Assembly: GCA_003056265.1 (NCBI GenBank) | Contig: NBVN01000004.1 | Coordinates: 210,001 to 242,000 of the forward strand | Source: Zestosphaera tikiterensis | Lineage (GTDB): Archaea > Thermoproteota > Thermoprotei_A > Sulfolobales > NBVN01 | Direction: 5' to 3' | DNA: 32,000 nucleotides | Part shown: piece by piece, positions 1 to 8,648 of the stretch | Numbering within the stretch: position 1 is the stretch's first letter | Layout of the letters: each line of letters opens with the position of its first letter | The notes under the pieces: generated by a model | What the model was told of the DNA's origin: nothing | Seen by the model: only the letters and a program-made list of their open reading frames with translations | The model's database searches: none | Made by a program: the position numbers and the translations under genes

Positions 1-1
1 A

Positions 2-223
2 CATAGAATTCTTAAGCCTAAGCCGTTAGGCAGCAAGAAAAACTACTTCTCATTGGAAATCGATGAAGGTGCCTACATATCCTTATGTAGGACTAGATGC
101 TCAGGCAGCAGTGGTTTCCTAGACGTTAATTGTTATGTTTCATGTGTTGAAAACAATCGGAGGGATCTTATAGATATGTCCGTGAAAAGCCTTCAAACAA
201 ACACTAAATTCACTCAAGCTTAG
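2..223 (+). CDS. 3' end of an unidentified protein-coding gene (open at window edge)
   Basis: Frame 2 is open from base 2 to TAG 221-223 (73 codons, ...EIDEGAYISLCRTRCSGSSGFLDVNCYVSCVENNRRDL...). It is absent from the ORF track because it has no start in the window. An aggtg SD-like motif for the next gene follows at 235-239. No family recognised. Confidence 0.4.
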   Translation, partial: HRILKPKPLGSKKNYFSLEIDEGAYISLCRTRCSGSSGFLDVNCYVSCVENNRRDLIDMSVKSLQTNTKFTQA

Positions 224-247
224 CTACGTAACGTAGGTGCGACCGCT

Positions 248-598
248 TTGTTTAAGCAAGTTATACTCGTTAGGACAGATCTCAAGATGAGTAAAGGTAA
301 GTTAGCTGTTCAAGTAGCTCACGCGTCTGTCTGCGCCTTACTTGAAGCCCTTAAACATAAGCGTGATTGGGCAGATGAATGGTTGGCTTCAGGGCAGAAG
401 AAGGTTGTTTTAAAGGTTAACAGTGAGGAGGAACTCCGTAAGTATTATCAAGCAGCGCTTAAGTTTGGATTGCCCGCCGCAATAATTCAAGACGCAGGCC
501 TTACGGAACTTCCTGAAGGAACCACCACAACCGTAGGTATAGGTCCGGCGCCAGAGACGTATATAGATAAGGTAACCGGTCATTTAAAGCTTCTTTAA
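248..598 (+). CDS. pth2: peptidyl-tRNA hydrolase, archaeal/eukaryal Pth2 type
   Basis: 116 aa. The [26 protein letters not shown] and [10 protein letters not shown] blocks are typical of Pth2. TTG start preceded by aggtg. Confidence 0.9.
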   Translation: MFKQVILVRTDLKMSKGKLAVQVAHASVCALLEALKHKRDWADEWLASGQKKVVLKVNSEEELRKYYQAALKFGLPAAIIQDAGLTELPEGTTTTVGIGPAPETYIDKVTGHLKLL

Positions 599-617
599 AA
601 CTTAACATCGCGTTAAG

Positions 618-1811
618 CTAAGCTAAAGCGTTTAACAAACCTATAATTAGCAGCAGAGCTAACGTCGATGAAGTAAGCGTTTGAATTGTGTAGTTAACTA
701 GTTTATACCTGCCGTCTTTTAAAATCTCGCTTAAGATCCTACCACCATCTGTTATGAAGACAGGCGTTGCGTTAACTAAGGCTAGCGAGAAGTTAACTAT
801 GTAAAACCAGTAGAGGGTTTTATAAGCGTTTAGAACAATTAACGATGTGTTCTCTGAGACGTACTCTGTTAAGTACACACCAAGTTTTGAATTGCTTGGC
901 TTGTATAGGTAGTACGTTCTCAACCCACCCGAAGGTTTAACTATGTCGCCCTCTATCTTAGCTTCAATTACTTTAAGCTCTATAACTACGGAATCGTTGC
1001 GTATTTTAAGTAAGAAAGCTGTAAAGTCTTGAATGCTGGAGATCCTAGTGTTATTAACCTCAACGATTATCGACGGCGTCGGTAATCCAGCTTTAACTGC
1101 TGGTAGGTCGGGATTCGACCTATCTAAGTCCACTATCACCGGCGTTAGGAGTATATGCGGCGTTAAAAACGACATTAACGCGGTGGCTAATATAGCAACT
1201 ATTAAATTGCCTAAGACCCCCGCACTCAATATAGAAAACTTAGAGAGTCTTCTAGCTTTATTGAAAACCTCCTCTACAGGCTTTACGTAAGCTAAGGGGA
1301 ATATAGCAAAGAGCCCTAAACCCCAAGACTCCACCTTCACACCTTCAATATATGAAGCTATAGCATGCATTAATTCATGAATAGCTACAGAGAAACCAAT
1401 CACTACAGCAAGTGTTGGTATAATATTTAAGCTTATCGTAACCCCCGGTATTATAGGAACTAGGGGGGATTGATACGTCTCCCTAGCTGAAAACGCTTTA
1501 ATTAAATCACCTACGGAGTTTACTAGTATTTGATACATAAGTGTTGCGGATATAGCCACGCTTAAAAGACCGGCTACTAACAACCCATACCTTAAAAGCT
1601 TACTATTGACTCGCGAGCTTAGCTTCTCAAGCTTTGAAGCCTTACCAACATCAATCAACAACATTAAAGGTGCTACTTCAATATTACGAGATCTTAAACC
1701 CTCTCTCACTTTAGGATTCACGTATGAAATCGTGTACAGAAGCAATTCAAATAAAACCACAGCTATTAAAGCGGCGTACGCAACTTCCAACGCCTCCACC
1801 ACCTCTAGCAA
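618..1811 (-). CDS. M50 (site-2 protease-like) membrane metalloprotease with internal PDZ domain
   Basis: 397 aa, polytopic. HExxH motif (AIHELMHAIA) and distal NATPVFITDGG (NxxPxxxxDG). PDZ-like AVKAGLPTPSIIVEVNNTRI lies between them. Confidence 0.85.
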   Translation of the reverse strand: MLEVVEALEVAYAALIAVVLFELLLYTISYVNPKVREGLRSRNIEVAPLMLLIDVGKASKLEKLSSRVNSKLLRYGLLVAGLLSVAISATLMYQILVNSVGDLIKAFSARETYQSPLVPIIPGVTISLNIIPTLAVVIGFSVAIHELMHAIASYIEGVKVESWGLGLFAIFPLAYVKPVEEVFNKARRLSKFSILSAGVLGNLIVAILATALMSFLTPHILLTPVIVDLDRSNPDLPAVKAGLPTPSIIVEVNNTRISSIQDFTAFLLKIRNDSVVIELKVIEAKIEGDIVKPSGGLRTYYLYKPSNSKLGVYLTEYVSENTSLIVLNAYKTLYWFYIVNFSLALVNATPVFITDGGRILSEILKDGRYKLVNYTIQTLTSSTLALLLIIGLLNALA

Positions 1812-1898
1812 TTTGTTTAGTGACTCATACTTAAATACCTTAGAAGAAGTATTAAATATAGGTGGGACGTCATTAAAAACCTTAGTTGAGGTGCTTTA

Positions 1899-2939
1899 AT
1901 GTCCGTTAATTCAATTAAGGTTTTTGAGGATTTTATTGACCTTCTAGATTTAATAGACTACAGCAGAATTCTCGTACTAGTTGACGTAAGCGGTTATGAA
2001 GAAGCTTTTTTTAAAATATTCGATGATAGGAAGGACTTAAAACTTGCTTACACGTCAAGACCTGAAGGGGTGAGTTACAAATCCCCCAACACTATAGTTT
2101 TTCCGTTACCGGAGCTTAAGTATAGTCTATGGACTACTTACTCAAGTGAATCACTAGATTTAAAATTAGAGGTTGTAGACTCGAATATAACGTATTCAAC
2201 AGAGCAAGTGTACATAGTTTCAAAGGTGAATCCTCTTAGTCTTTACGTAATGCATGAAGTCCTTAAAACACTTTCAAACTTTAAAGCTAGGGAGTTCCCC
2301 GTTAATTTATTCCTGCTTATTGAAGGTAATTTAACACCTATAGATAGGTTCAACTTACTTACGTTTTTAAGTGACGCCATAGAGAGCAGGTTCTTTAACA
2401 ATGCCTTTATAACAACCCTCAATTTAGAGAAGTATTTCGGCACTTTATACACGCGTGCCACATTAGCTTGGGGCTTGCTAGTTTTACTAACAAAGTTCAA
2501 AGATATACTTACCAGCAAAGGTCGGGAGGTGTTCTTCTTAACGTCATTTAAGTTGGAGAACCCGGATTTAATACTTAAGGATTTAAACGGTTTGGTGGAG
2601 GTAGGCAAGTATTCCGTATGGAATGACATCTTTAAAGCTGATAGTGGTTACGCCTACTTAGAAGGGCAGAGTGAGTATTTAAGTAATTTAATGGTTTCAG
2701 ACCTTATCAAAAGTAACGAATGGTTAGCCCAGAGGGTTTTAACCGAACCGGATGATAGAGCTCGCTATGTTAATCTACTACTGCTTGAATCAAGTAAGGA
2801 ATACTTAGCAACTATGTTGCGTGTACCGCAAGATGTGTTAAACGAGGTAAGCCAGAGTGAGAGGCTCAATAAGTTTTTAATTAAAGTAGTAGGTGTGGCT
2901 AAGGAATTCATAGATTGGTTAAGCGGGGGTGGTAAGTAG
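1899..2939 (+). CDS. hypothetical protein, 346 aa, no recognisable catalytic motif
   Basis: Long ORF with ATG start, gaggtg SD at 1886-1891 and ttaaatata TATA-like box about 45 nt upstream. Its stop lies 2 nt before the next ORF. No P-loop or other motif seen. Confidence 0.7.
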   Translation: MSVNSIKVFEDFIDLLDLIDYSRILVLVDVSGYEEAFFKIFDDRKDLKLAYTSRPEGVSYKSPNTIVFPLPELKYSLWTTYSSESLDLKLEVVDSNITYSTEQVYIVSKVNPLSLYVMHEVLKTLSNFKAREFPVNLFLLIEGNLTPIDRFNLLTFLSDAIESRFFNNAFITTLNLEKYFGTLYTRATLAWGLLVLLTKFKDILTSKGREVFFLTSFKLENPDLILKDLNGLVEVGKYSVWNDIFKADSGYAYLEGQSEYLSNLMVSDLIKSNEWLAQRVLTEPDDRARYVNLLLLESSKEYLATMLRVPQDVLNEVSQSERLNKFLIKVVGVAKEFIDWLSGGGK

Positions 2940-2941
2940 TT

Positions 2942-5143
2942 TTGAGTGAGGAACGACCTCCTCTCATAACGTATAAAAAGCTTGCGTCAATACCGGTAGC
3001 TATTTGGTTGTTAATCACTAGTTATGCTTTAGGAATTAATCAATATGTTGAAGGGTTGATAGTTACCGGCGCTTTAGTAGTTTCAGCTTTTGCGATACCT
3101 TTTCTATTTAGTGAAAGAGAGCCTTACTACGATGCCTTAGTGCTTTCGCCTATGTATATCGGGTATGTCTTAATGGTTAACGTAGCGTATTCGGTTGTGC
3201 CCGCACACATAGCGATATCGAGTAGTTTATACGTGGCTCTAATTACTTTGCTGTCAGCGGCCATACCTCTGGCTTGGAACTTCTCTTCAAAGTTAAGTTT
3301 GCTTGATTTAACGCCTCAAGTGCTTACCCTGTACTTCATTTCGTTTTCCACGTCGTATTTTAAGCCGTTAAACCTGTATTCAAACCTCTTCATACTTAGC
3401 TTATCGTTAACCTTCATAAAAAGCTTTAAGAGTTTGTTAGGTATGTTTATGGTTTTAAGCTTAACTTTACTACCGTTTTTAGGAGCTCCTTACATGATTA
3501 CAGACCTTAGCACGATACCTTACATAAACTTAGGTATTCCTGAGACGTCAGTTGATATATATGGTTACGCAATCTTAATAACGTACTTAACTTTACTCAC
3601 ATGTTCGATACCTGCGGGGTACGTGTCTTTGTTCCTTTCAAGGAAGTTTAGACGTCTTAATAACATATATGACGCTTTATGGAACGCAACGTTACTACTT
3701 ACCCCACCCCTAGTTTTTACGCTTCTATACTTTACTTTAATGTCCAGCATAACTCAGTTGTTTAAGTTAAGGTATTTATACCTTAATCTATTGTTAATTA
3801 CTTTACTTACCTTACCTAACTCACTTTTCAAGAGTTACCTAGAGGTTAGGGGTGGTTTAATAAGATCCACGAACGAGCTTAGAAGTCGATATATGAAATT
3901 ACGGGCTAGGGTTGAACGTTTAGGCAACACGTTATCTAAAACACGCTCCTCAGGTATGTGGGGTGAAGAACTGAATCCTTTAAATGAGCGTCTAGACTCG
4001 CTTGCTAAGGAGTTAGAATCCTTAAGTAATGTGTTTAAGAAGTCTATACTTAAAAACTACGAGATAAGCGACGTCTCGAAGAGATTAAACTTGATTGAAG
4101 ATGGGGTATCTTCAATCGAGGAGAGCCTAGTAAACATGTATAATGAAGCCATTAGGTTGGCCACGCAAGCTAAGGCTATTTTAACCGTTAGCTTTTCAAC
4201 TTCAAAGAAGTCTTTAGAGCCTTACACTCTAGAATTAAATGAAGTTAATGATATAAACAAAGTTGGAGAATTAGTTGAAGAAACGGCCTCGTACTTAAGT
4301 AGTTTATGTGATGAAATGTATGAGCTAGTGGAATATAACAAACACATAATGTCTGAAGCCTTAGGTATTTCACTAATTGATTTAAATACTATGAAGTGCG
4401 GTGAGTATCCGTCTAGGGTTAAAGCGTTAGAAAGCGTTTTAAATGTTTACGTTAGAATTGTTCGTATAGCTGGCGATGAAGTTAATAAAATATACGGCAA
4501 TCTACTAAAGATTAAAAACATAGCGACTAACTTAGTTAAGGCCTTCGAGACCTCAAGTAGGGAGGAGCTCCTTTCAGTAAATGCTGTTTTCGAGGTAGGT
4601 GAGATATTAAAGGAATTACCCGAGACTTTAGATAGGACGGCACGAATAGCTGGTTTAAGCGGGTTAATCACGCTTATCGAAAGACTTACTGAGGTTGTGG
4701 TTAACATACCCGAGGGTTTAAAGGCGGATCTTGAGAAAACGCTTGAATACCTTAACAAACGCTTACCCGGTAAGGTAGACATAGTTAGAAACGTATCTCA
4801 AAGGTATAGGAGAAGAATAAACAGTTTTATTTCGAAACTAGATTTAGAAGCTTTAACAACAGCTAGGAACTATGTAGTTAAAAGCGATGCGTTACTTAAG
4901 ATCTTTGAGGAAGGCACGCAAACCTTCATGACGTTGGTAAGGGATTTAACGTATCTTAGGAGCTTAGCACACGTAACTCCATTACTGCTGGACTACATAG
5001 ACTATAAGTTAAGGAGTAAAGGGTTTATAAACATTAACGAATTACCCTTTAAAGCTGAAGTTACAGCGTGGATTTTAAGGATTGTTATGTCCTTGAGGGA
5101 GGATATAGAGGTAGAGAACGATAAACTCATGCTTAAGAGGTAG
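2942..5143 (+). CDS. hypothetical polytopic membrane protein with a long C-terminal helical/coiled-coil domain, 733 aa
   Basis: TTG start 2 nt after the upstream stop, preceded by gggggtggt SD-like motif (translational coupling). The first ~300 aa are hydrophobic and multi-TM. The rest is charged and Leu/Glu/Lys-rich with a heptad-like appearance. Confidence 0.75.
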   Translation: MSEERPPLITYKKLASIPVAIWLLITSYALGINQYVEGLIVTGALVVSAFAIPFLFSEREPYYDALVLSPMYIGYVLMVNVAYSVVPAHIAISSSLYVALITLLSAAIPLAWNFSSKLSLLDLTPQVLTLYFISFSTSYFKPLNLYSNLFILSLSLTFIKSFKSLLGMFMVLSLTLLPFLGAPYMITDLSTIPYINLGIPETSVDIYGYAILITYLTLLTCSIPAGYVSLFLSRKFRRLNNIYDALWNATLLLTPPLVFTLLYFTLMSSITQLFKLRYLYLNLLLITLLTLPNSLFKSYLEVRGGLIRSTNELRSRYMKLRARVERLGNTLSKTRSSGMWGEELNPLNERLDSLAKELESLSNVFKKSILKNYEISDVSKRLNLIEDGVSSIEESLVNMYNEAIRLATQAKAILTVSFSTSKKSLEPYTLELNEVNDINKVGELVEETASYLSSLCDEMYELVEYNKHIMSEALGISLIDLNTMKCGEYPSRVKALESVLNVYVRIVRIAGDEVNKIYGNLLKIKNIATNLVKAFETSSREELLSVNAVFEVGEILKELPETLDRTARIAGLSGLITLIERLTEVVVNIPEGLKADLEKTLEYLNKRLPGKVDIVRNVSQRYRRRINSFISKLDLEALTTARNYVVKSDALLKIFEEGTQTFMTLVRDLTYLRSLAHVTPLLLDYIDYKLRSKGFININELPFKAEVTAWILRIVMSLREDIEVENDKLMLKR

Positions 5144-5150
5144 GTTTCCA

Positions 5151-5303
5151 TGCTGACGGCCCCTGTTGTTTATGGCAGGGGTTCTCCCCCTAGGGCTTGC
5201 ATTACTTCTCTGAAGCCCCTCACCGGGAGTGCATCACCCATCAGTTCCCGCCGTCAGCACCGGGAAGGTGTGGGTCTCATCCCTATTACGGTTGCCCACA
5301 CCC
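5151..5303 (-). ncRNA. unassigned GC-rich structured RNA candidate (10-bp closed three-hairpin cloverleaf plus adjacent 8-bp hairpin)
   Basis: ORF-free GC-rich island in AT-rich DNA. Perfect stems are 5151-5160/5250-5259, 5161-5165/5176-5180, 5193-5198/5213-5218, 5225-5228/5246-5249 and 5267-5274/5295-5302. The strand call rests only on a BRE/TATA-like box on the minus strand about 25 nt from 5310. The plus strand is not excluded. Confidence 0.45.
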
Positions 5304-5332
5304 AACCATGACTTAATTAATTAATCACAAAC

Positions 5333-5346
5333 TTATAAACATTTAC
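5333..5346 (-). promoter_or_regulatory. BRE/TATA-like box oriented toward the 5151-5303 RNA candidate
   Basis: The minus strand reads gtaaat-g-tttataa (RNWAAW-like BRE directly upstream of the TATA). A start about 25 nt downstream would fall near 5310, just outside the 8-bp hairpin. Confidence 0.35.
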
Positions 5347-5348
5347 TC

Positions 5349-5361
5349 TATATTTTAAAAA
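5349..5361 (+). promoter_or_regulatory. TATA box for the 5378 gene (leaderless-type spacing)
   Basis: tatattttaaaaa is centred about 25 nt upstream of the TTG/GTG start at 5378/5381. Confidence 0.4.
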
Positions 5362-5377
5362 GTGAGGTCTCAAAGGT

Positions 5378-6229
5378 TTGGTGACTAAATGTCTCGCAGA
5401 AGGTAAAATCTTCAGATGCAGTGTAAACTTAGAGAAGGGGTCTCTAGTTATTAAGAGGTTGGATGAAGATAGGCCGTTAGAGGTTAAGCTACCGTTCACT
5501 AACGTAAAGGATGTGTTATTGATTGGGGATAGAGTTAGGTTAATTTCTTCAGATGGGTTCGTAACTGAGGTATTCGTAAATGAAATCGTTAGAAAAGAAC
5601 TTAGTTTTACTGTCTTGATAGTTAAGTATTTAAAGGAAGGAGCCACGTTGAGAGAGAGGCTTGAGACCCTTATAGAGAGGTATGTGTCCCTAAACGGTTT
5701 AGCGTTGAAACTTATTACAAGCCTTGCGAAAAGCGCTATGCCTGATTGGGCCAAGGTAAGGGAGCTTTCTTTAAGGATAAACGACGTAGTCTCAGGGTTT
5801 CAAGACCTCGACGTGGAATACTTGAAGCTTACGTCAAGTAAGCTCTTGAGAGATGTAGAGATCAGAGATGTTACGCAAATATCAATGGACGTTAAGAACC
5901 TCGTAAGGTATGCGGTAAGTGCTTTTAAGGAGGCTATTAAAAAGATGGATTTAGGCGTCGACGCAACTCCCTTAATAGACTTAACGCTTCTAACCTTTGT
6001 ATACAGATACTCAAAAGATTTGGGGCTTGTTATTCAAGCTGAGAAAACTTTCAACATGTTTACAAGATCTGTTGAGGAATTTGCCGAAGGCTTGATAGGG
6101 TTTAACGAATCTCTGAAGTCAGGCTTCATAAATGGTTTCCTAGATAAGTTCAAAGCAGACGAGGACATACTTCAAACAAGTAAAGCCTATCTTAACTTAA
6201 TCGAGTCTACAGTAAGAGAGTTTCTCTGA
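5378..6229 (+). CDS. hypothetical protein, 283 aa (beta-rich N-terminal ~70 aa plus helical remainder)
   Basis: Long ORF with TTG (5378) or GTG (5381) start at leaderless distance from the TATA box. No motif recognised. Confidence 0.65.
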   Translation: MVTKCLAEGKIFRCSVNLEKGSLVIKRLDEDRPLEVKLPFTNVKDVLLIGDRVRLISSDGFVTEVFVNEIVRKELSFTVLIVKYLKEGATLRERLETLIERYVSLNGLALKLITSLAKSAMPDWAKVRELSLRINDVVSGFQDLDVEYLKLTSSKLLRDVEIRDVTQISMDVKNLVRYAVSAFKEAIKKMDLGVDATPLIDLTLLTFVYRYSKDLGLVIQAEKTFNMFTRSVEEFAEGLIGFNESLKSGFINGFLDKFKADEDILQTSKAYLNLIESTVREFL

Positions 6230-6274
6230 CGTAACCGTATTTAATAACGTGTGGAGATTGTGATCACGCTTCCT

Positions 6275-7228
6275 TCATTTCTTAAGCTCTCTTAACTCTA
6301 CTTCTAAACTCTCTCTAAACTTCTCAATTGATTCTACGCTGGGGAAGTTGTAGGGTTCTTTACCAGGTCGTTCGTTATAGTAAGGTCTATTACATCCAGG
6401 ACATCCTCTCGTTAGGAAGGCATTGTATGAGAAGTTAATCCGTTTAAGGACTTCACTCTTAACTCTGTAATCACCGTCAAAAACTAGGAACTCGCTGGGG
6501 TCTAAGCCTTTGAGAATTAGATCCACGGCTACCTGCACTAGCCGATAGTATTTTAGGGGTGGTGGCTGAAGTTTCTCAAGCGGTGTACCCTTCACAGGTG
6601 TGAAGGCAAACACAGATATTAAAGATTTAAGGTTTCTTAACTTGACTAAAGTATCCAGCAATTCCTCTAAGGTCTCGCCTAAACCTATTATTACGTGGGT
6701 TACTACATGCCAATCTCCTAAAACCTCAATAGAGTTTTTTATGAACTTCCAGTAAAGCCCCCAAGAATAGGGTTTCATCATCTCGTGAAATACTCTACTG
6801 GATGCTGCGTCTAAACCCACGCCGACGTAATCCACGCCTTCCACCTTAAATTTAAGTAATTCTGCCTTACTTACTGGAGTTATCGAGAGCGATATTTTAA
6901 CGCCTAACTTACCTAACTCCTCAACGATTTTATGAGCTTCAAGTAGAAACCCATCTTTAAGTATTGTCTGAAGGCAAACCCTCTCCACAAGGTTTTTCTC
7001 TAGGGCTTTAAGGAAATCATTAAACTCTACAGAGGGCCATAAAACCCTTGAAAGCAATTCTCTTGAACTTCTACTTGATAAGCTCTGACTACAGTATTGA
7101 CAAGCACCGTAACAACCTGAGTCGCTATACTGCATCACGTAAGCTATGTTTGGAGTTTCATCAACTTTAGCCTTTGTTAAGCCTAACTTAGCTAACGTAC
7201 CTAACGACACGCGTACCTTCATCTTCAC
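6275..7228 (-). CDS. radical SAM protein, biotin-synthase-related; candidate LipS-type lipoyl synthase component
   Basis: 317 aa. Cx3Cx2C cluster motif (CYGACQYC). Divergent from lplA. Family placement follows the two-component archaeal lipoyl synthase described in Thermococcus kodakarensis. Confidence 0.65.
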   Translation of the reverse strand: MKMKVRVSLGTLAKLGLTKAKVDETPNIAYVMQYSDSGCYGACQYCSQSLSSRSSRELLSRVLWPSVEFNDFLKALEKNLVERVCLQTILKDGFLLEAHKIVEELGKLGVKISLSITPVSKAELLKFKVEGVDYVGVGLDAASSRVFHEMMKPYSWGLYWKFIKNSIEVLGDWHVVTHVIIGLGETLEELLDTLVKLRNLKSLISVFAFTPVKGTPLEKLQPPPLKYYRLVQVAVDLILKGLDPSEFLVFDGDYRVKSEVLKRINFSYNAFLTRGCPGCNRPYYNERPGKEPYNFPSVESIEKFRESLEVELRELKK

Positions 7229-7371
7229 TAAACCTATAGAAGTTCATTCTACAGCAATTTTTAACTTAACGGTTACGTAGCGTTTCAAACACGTGGGTAA
7301 GGAACCTTTAAAGTTAGGATATCAGCTTAAATTCGTGGGAATGAACTAAAGTTAAAAGTTAGTTATGACGC

Positions 7372-7549
7372 CTGACTCCTCTCCGTCCTGAAGGACTTGG
7401 GGGTTATGGGTTGCTTTCATCAATCATCGACCTCTGAAGGCCTCAAAACATCGTGTAGGAGGTATTGGACTTCTAGAGGATGGTTTCGATATTGCTTGAG
7501 GCTTACCTTCAACACACTAAACATCATTACCGAAAATAAACTAAAACAA
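7372..7549 (+). repeat. copy A of a structured noncoding repeat element (short form)
   Basis: Alignable by eye over its whole length to the reverse complement of 30408-30695. The 34-nt core 7416-7449 is perfectly identical to the complement of 30516-30549. Contains hairpins 7385-7396, 7414-7440 and 7453-7515. Confidence 0.65.
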
Positions 7550-7571
7550 ATTACTTGTGAGTAAGTAATAT

Positions 7572-8333
7572 GTGGGGTTAACGTTGAAAGTTAGGTTAAT
7601 TATAGATGAGGGTTCCGGACCTTACAACATGGCATTGGATGAGGCACTTATGTACCTACATGGTTTAGGGTATTCACCCCCTACGTTAAGGCTTTACATG
7701 TTTAAACCATCAACTATAACTTTAGGTTATTTCCAGTCGGTAAGCGATAACGTTTCTGAAGAATGTTTAAGTAAAGTGCCTGTGGTTAGGAGGATTTCCG
7801 GCGGGGGAGCTGTTCTACATGATGAGTTTGGTGAGATAACGTATTCAATAGTTCTTAGGGAGAGTCAGGACTTGCGGAACCCCCTCCATTCGTTTAAGAT
7901 TTTAACTGAAGGCGTTGTAAGGGCTGCTAGATTTTTAGGAGCTCCAGCAGAGTTTGCTCCGTTAAACGATGGTATTATAGCTGGTAAGAAATTTTCTGGT
8001 CAAGCTCAAGCCCGTAAATTAGGTGTTATTTTACAGCATGGTACGTTTATGTATGCTACACGTGTTGAACTACTTGCCAAATGTTTAAAGGCTCCGACGG
8101 AGAAATTCGTAGGTAAGGGCACCACCTCTATATTAGATAGGGTTACAACGATATCTGCTTACTTAGGTAGGGAAGTAACTCGCGATGAAGCGGTAAACTC
8201 CTTAATTAAAGGATTTTCTGAGGCGTTGAAGCTAGACCTCTATGAGGGGACGTATAGCGAAGCAGAGTTAACACTTGCTAAGAGTATAGAATGGAAGTAC
8301 CGAAGTGTTGAATGGACGTATCTACGTCCCTGA
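7572..8333 (+). CDS. lplA: lipoate-protein ligase A, catalytic domain protein
   Basis: 253 aa. RRISGGGAVLHD and GKKFSGQAQ (lipoyl-AMP lysine region) motifs. N-terminal YNMALDEAL. Confidence 0.85.
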   Translation: MGLTLKVRLIIDEGSGPYNMALDEALMYLHGLGYSPPTLRLYMFKPSTITLGYFQSVSDNVSEECLSKVPVVRRISGGGAVLHDEFGEITYSIVLRESQDLRNPLHSFKILTEGVVRAARFLGAPAEFAPLNDGIIAGKKFSGQAQARKLGVILQHGTFMYATRVELLAKCLKAPTEKFVGKGTTSILDRVTTISAYLGREVTRDEAVNSLIKGFSEALKLDLYEGTYSEAELTLAKSIEWKYRSVEWTYLRP

Positions 8334-8342
8334 GGTGAGCCT

Positions 8343-8648
8343 GTGGAGATAGTTAAGATGTTTAAGAAACCTACTTCAAAGTTAATCATATTTAAGTTAA
8401 CGTTAAGCGATGATTGTTCGATAGTTAAGGCTTCGTTAGAAGGTGATTTCTTCGCTTATAGGCCGGAACTCGTTGATGAAAGTATTGATAGCCTTAAAGG
8501 GCTTAAACCGGATGCGTTGCTAGCTGAAGAATTACATAAAAAGTTAATGCGGTCATTCATTATAGGTGTTGAAGAATTAGATCTGCTGGCGTTTCTGAAG
8601 GAGGTCTTCGAAGAGAGCAGGGAGAAATGTGCGAAGAGCTTAAAGTAG
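8343..8648 (+). CDS. stand-alone LplA C-terminal accessory domain protein (LplB-like)
   Basis: 101 aa, immediately after lplA. EGDFFAYRPE resembles the GDFF block of the LplA C-terminal domain. A split LplA/LplB is known from Thermoplasma. Start uncertain (GTG 8343 or ATG 8358). Confidence 0.55.
   Translation: MEIVKMFKKPTSKLIIFKLTLSDDCSIVKASLEGDFFAYRPELVDESIDSLKGLKPDALLAEELHKKLMRSFIIGVEELDLLAFLKEVFEESREKCAKSLK

Noticed and set aside
5151-5259. The cloverleaf as a tRNA (possibly intron-containing), 5S rRNA or minimal (type T) RNase P RNA
   Set aside because: There is no GTTCRANNC T-loop or correct arm spacing on either strand. It lacks the 5S GAAGUUAAGC and GUACUG blocks. GGGAAGGUGUGGG only superficially resembles RNase P CR-I and pairs locally, with no P4-type long-range partner or ACAGAA/GGCUUA CR-V.
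7372-7549. The repeat element as RNase P RNA or a C/D box RNA
   Set aside because: AAGUCC-like and GGCUUAC-like strings are present, but not in the CR-I/CR-V arrangement and not conserved between copies. The TGATGA boxes and CTGA boxes lie on opposite strands.
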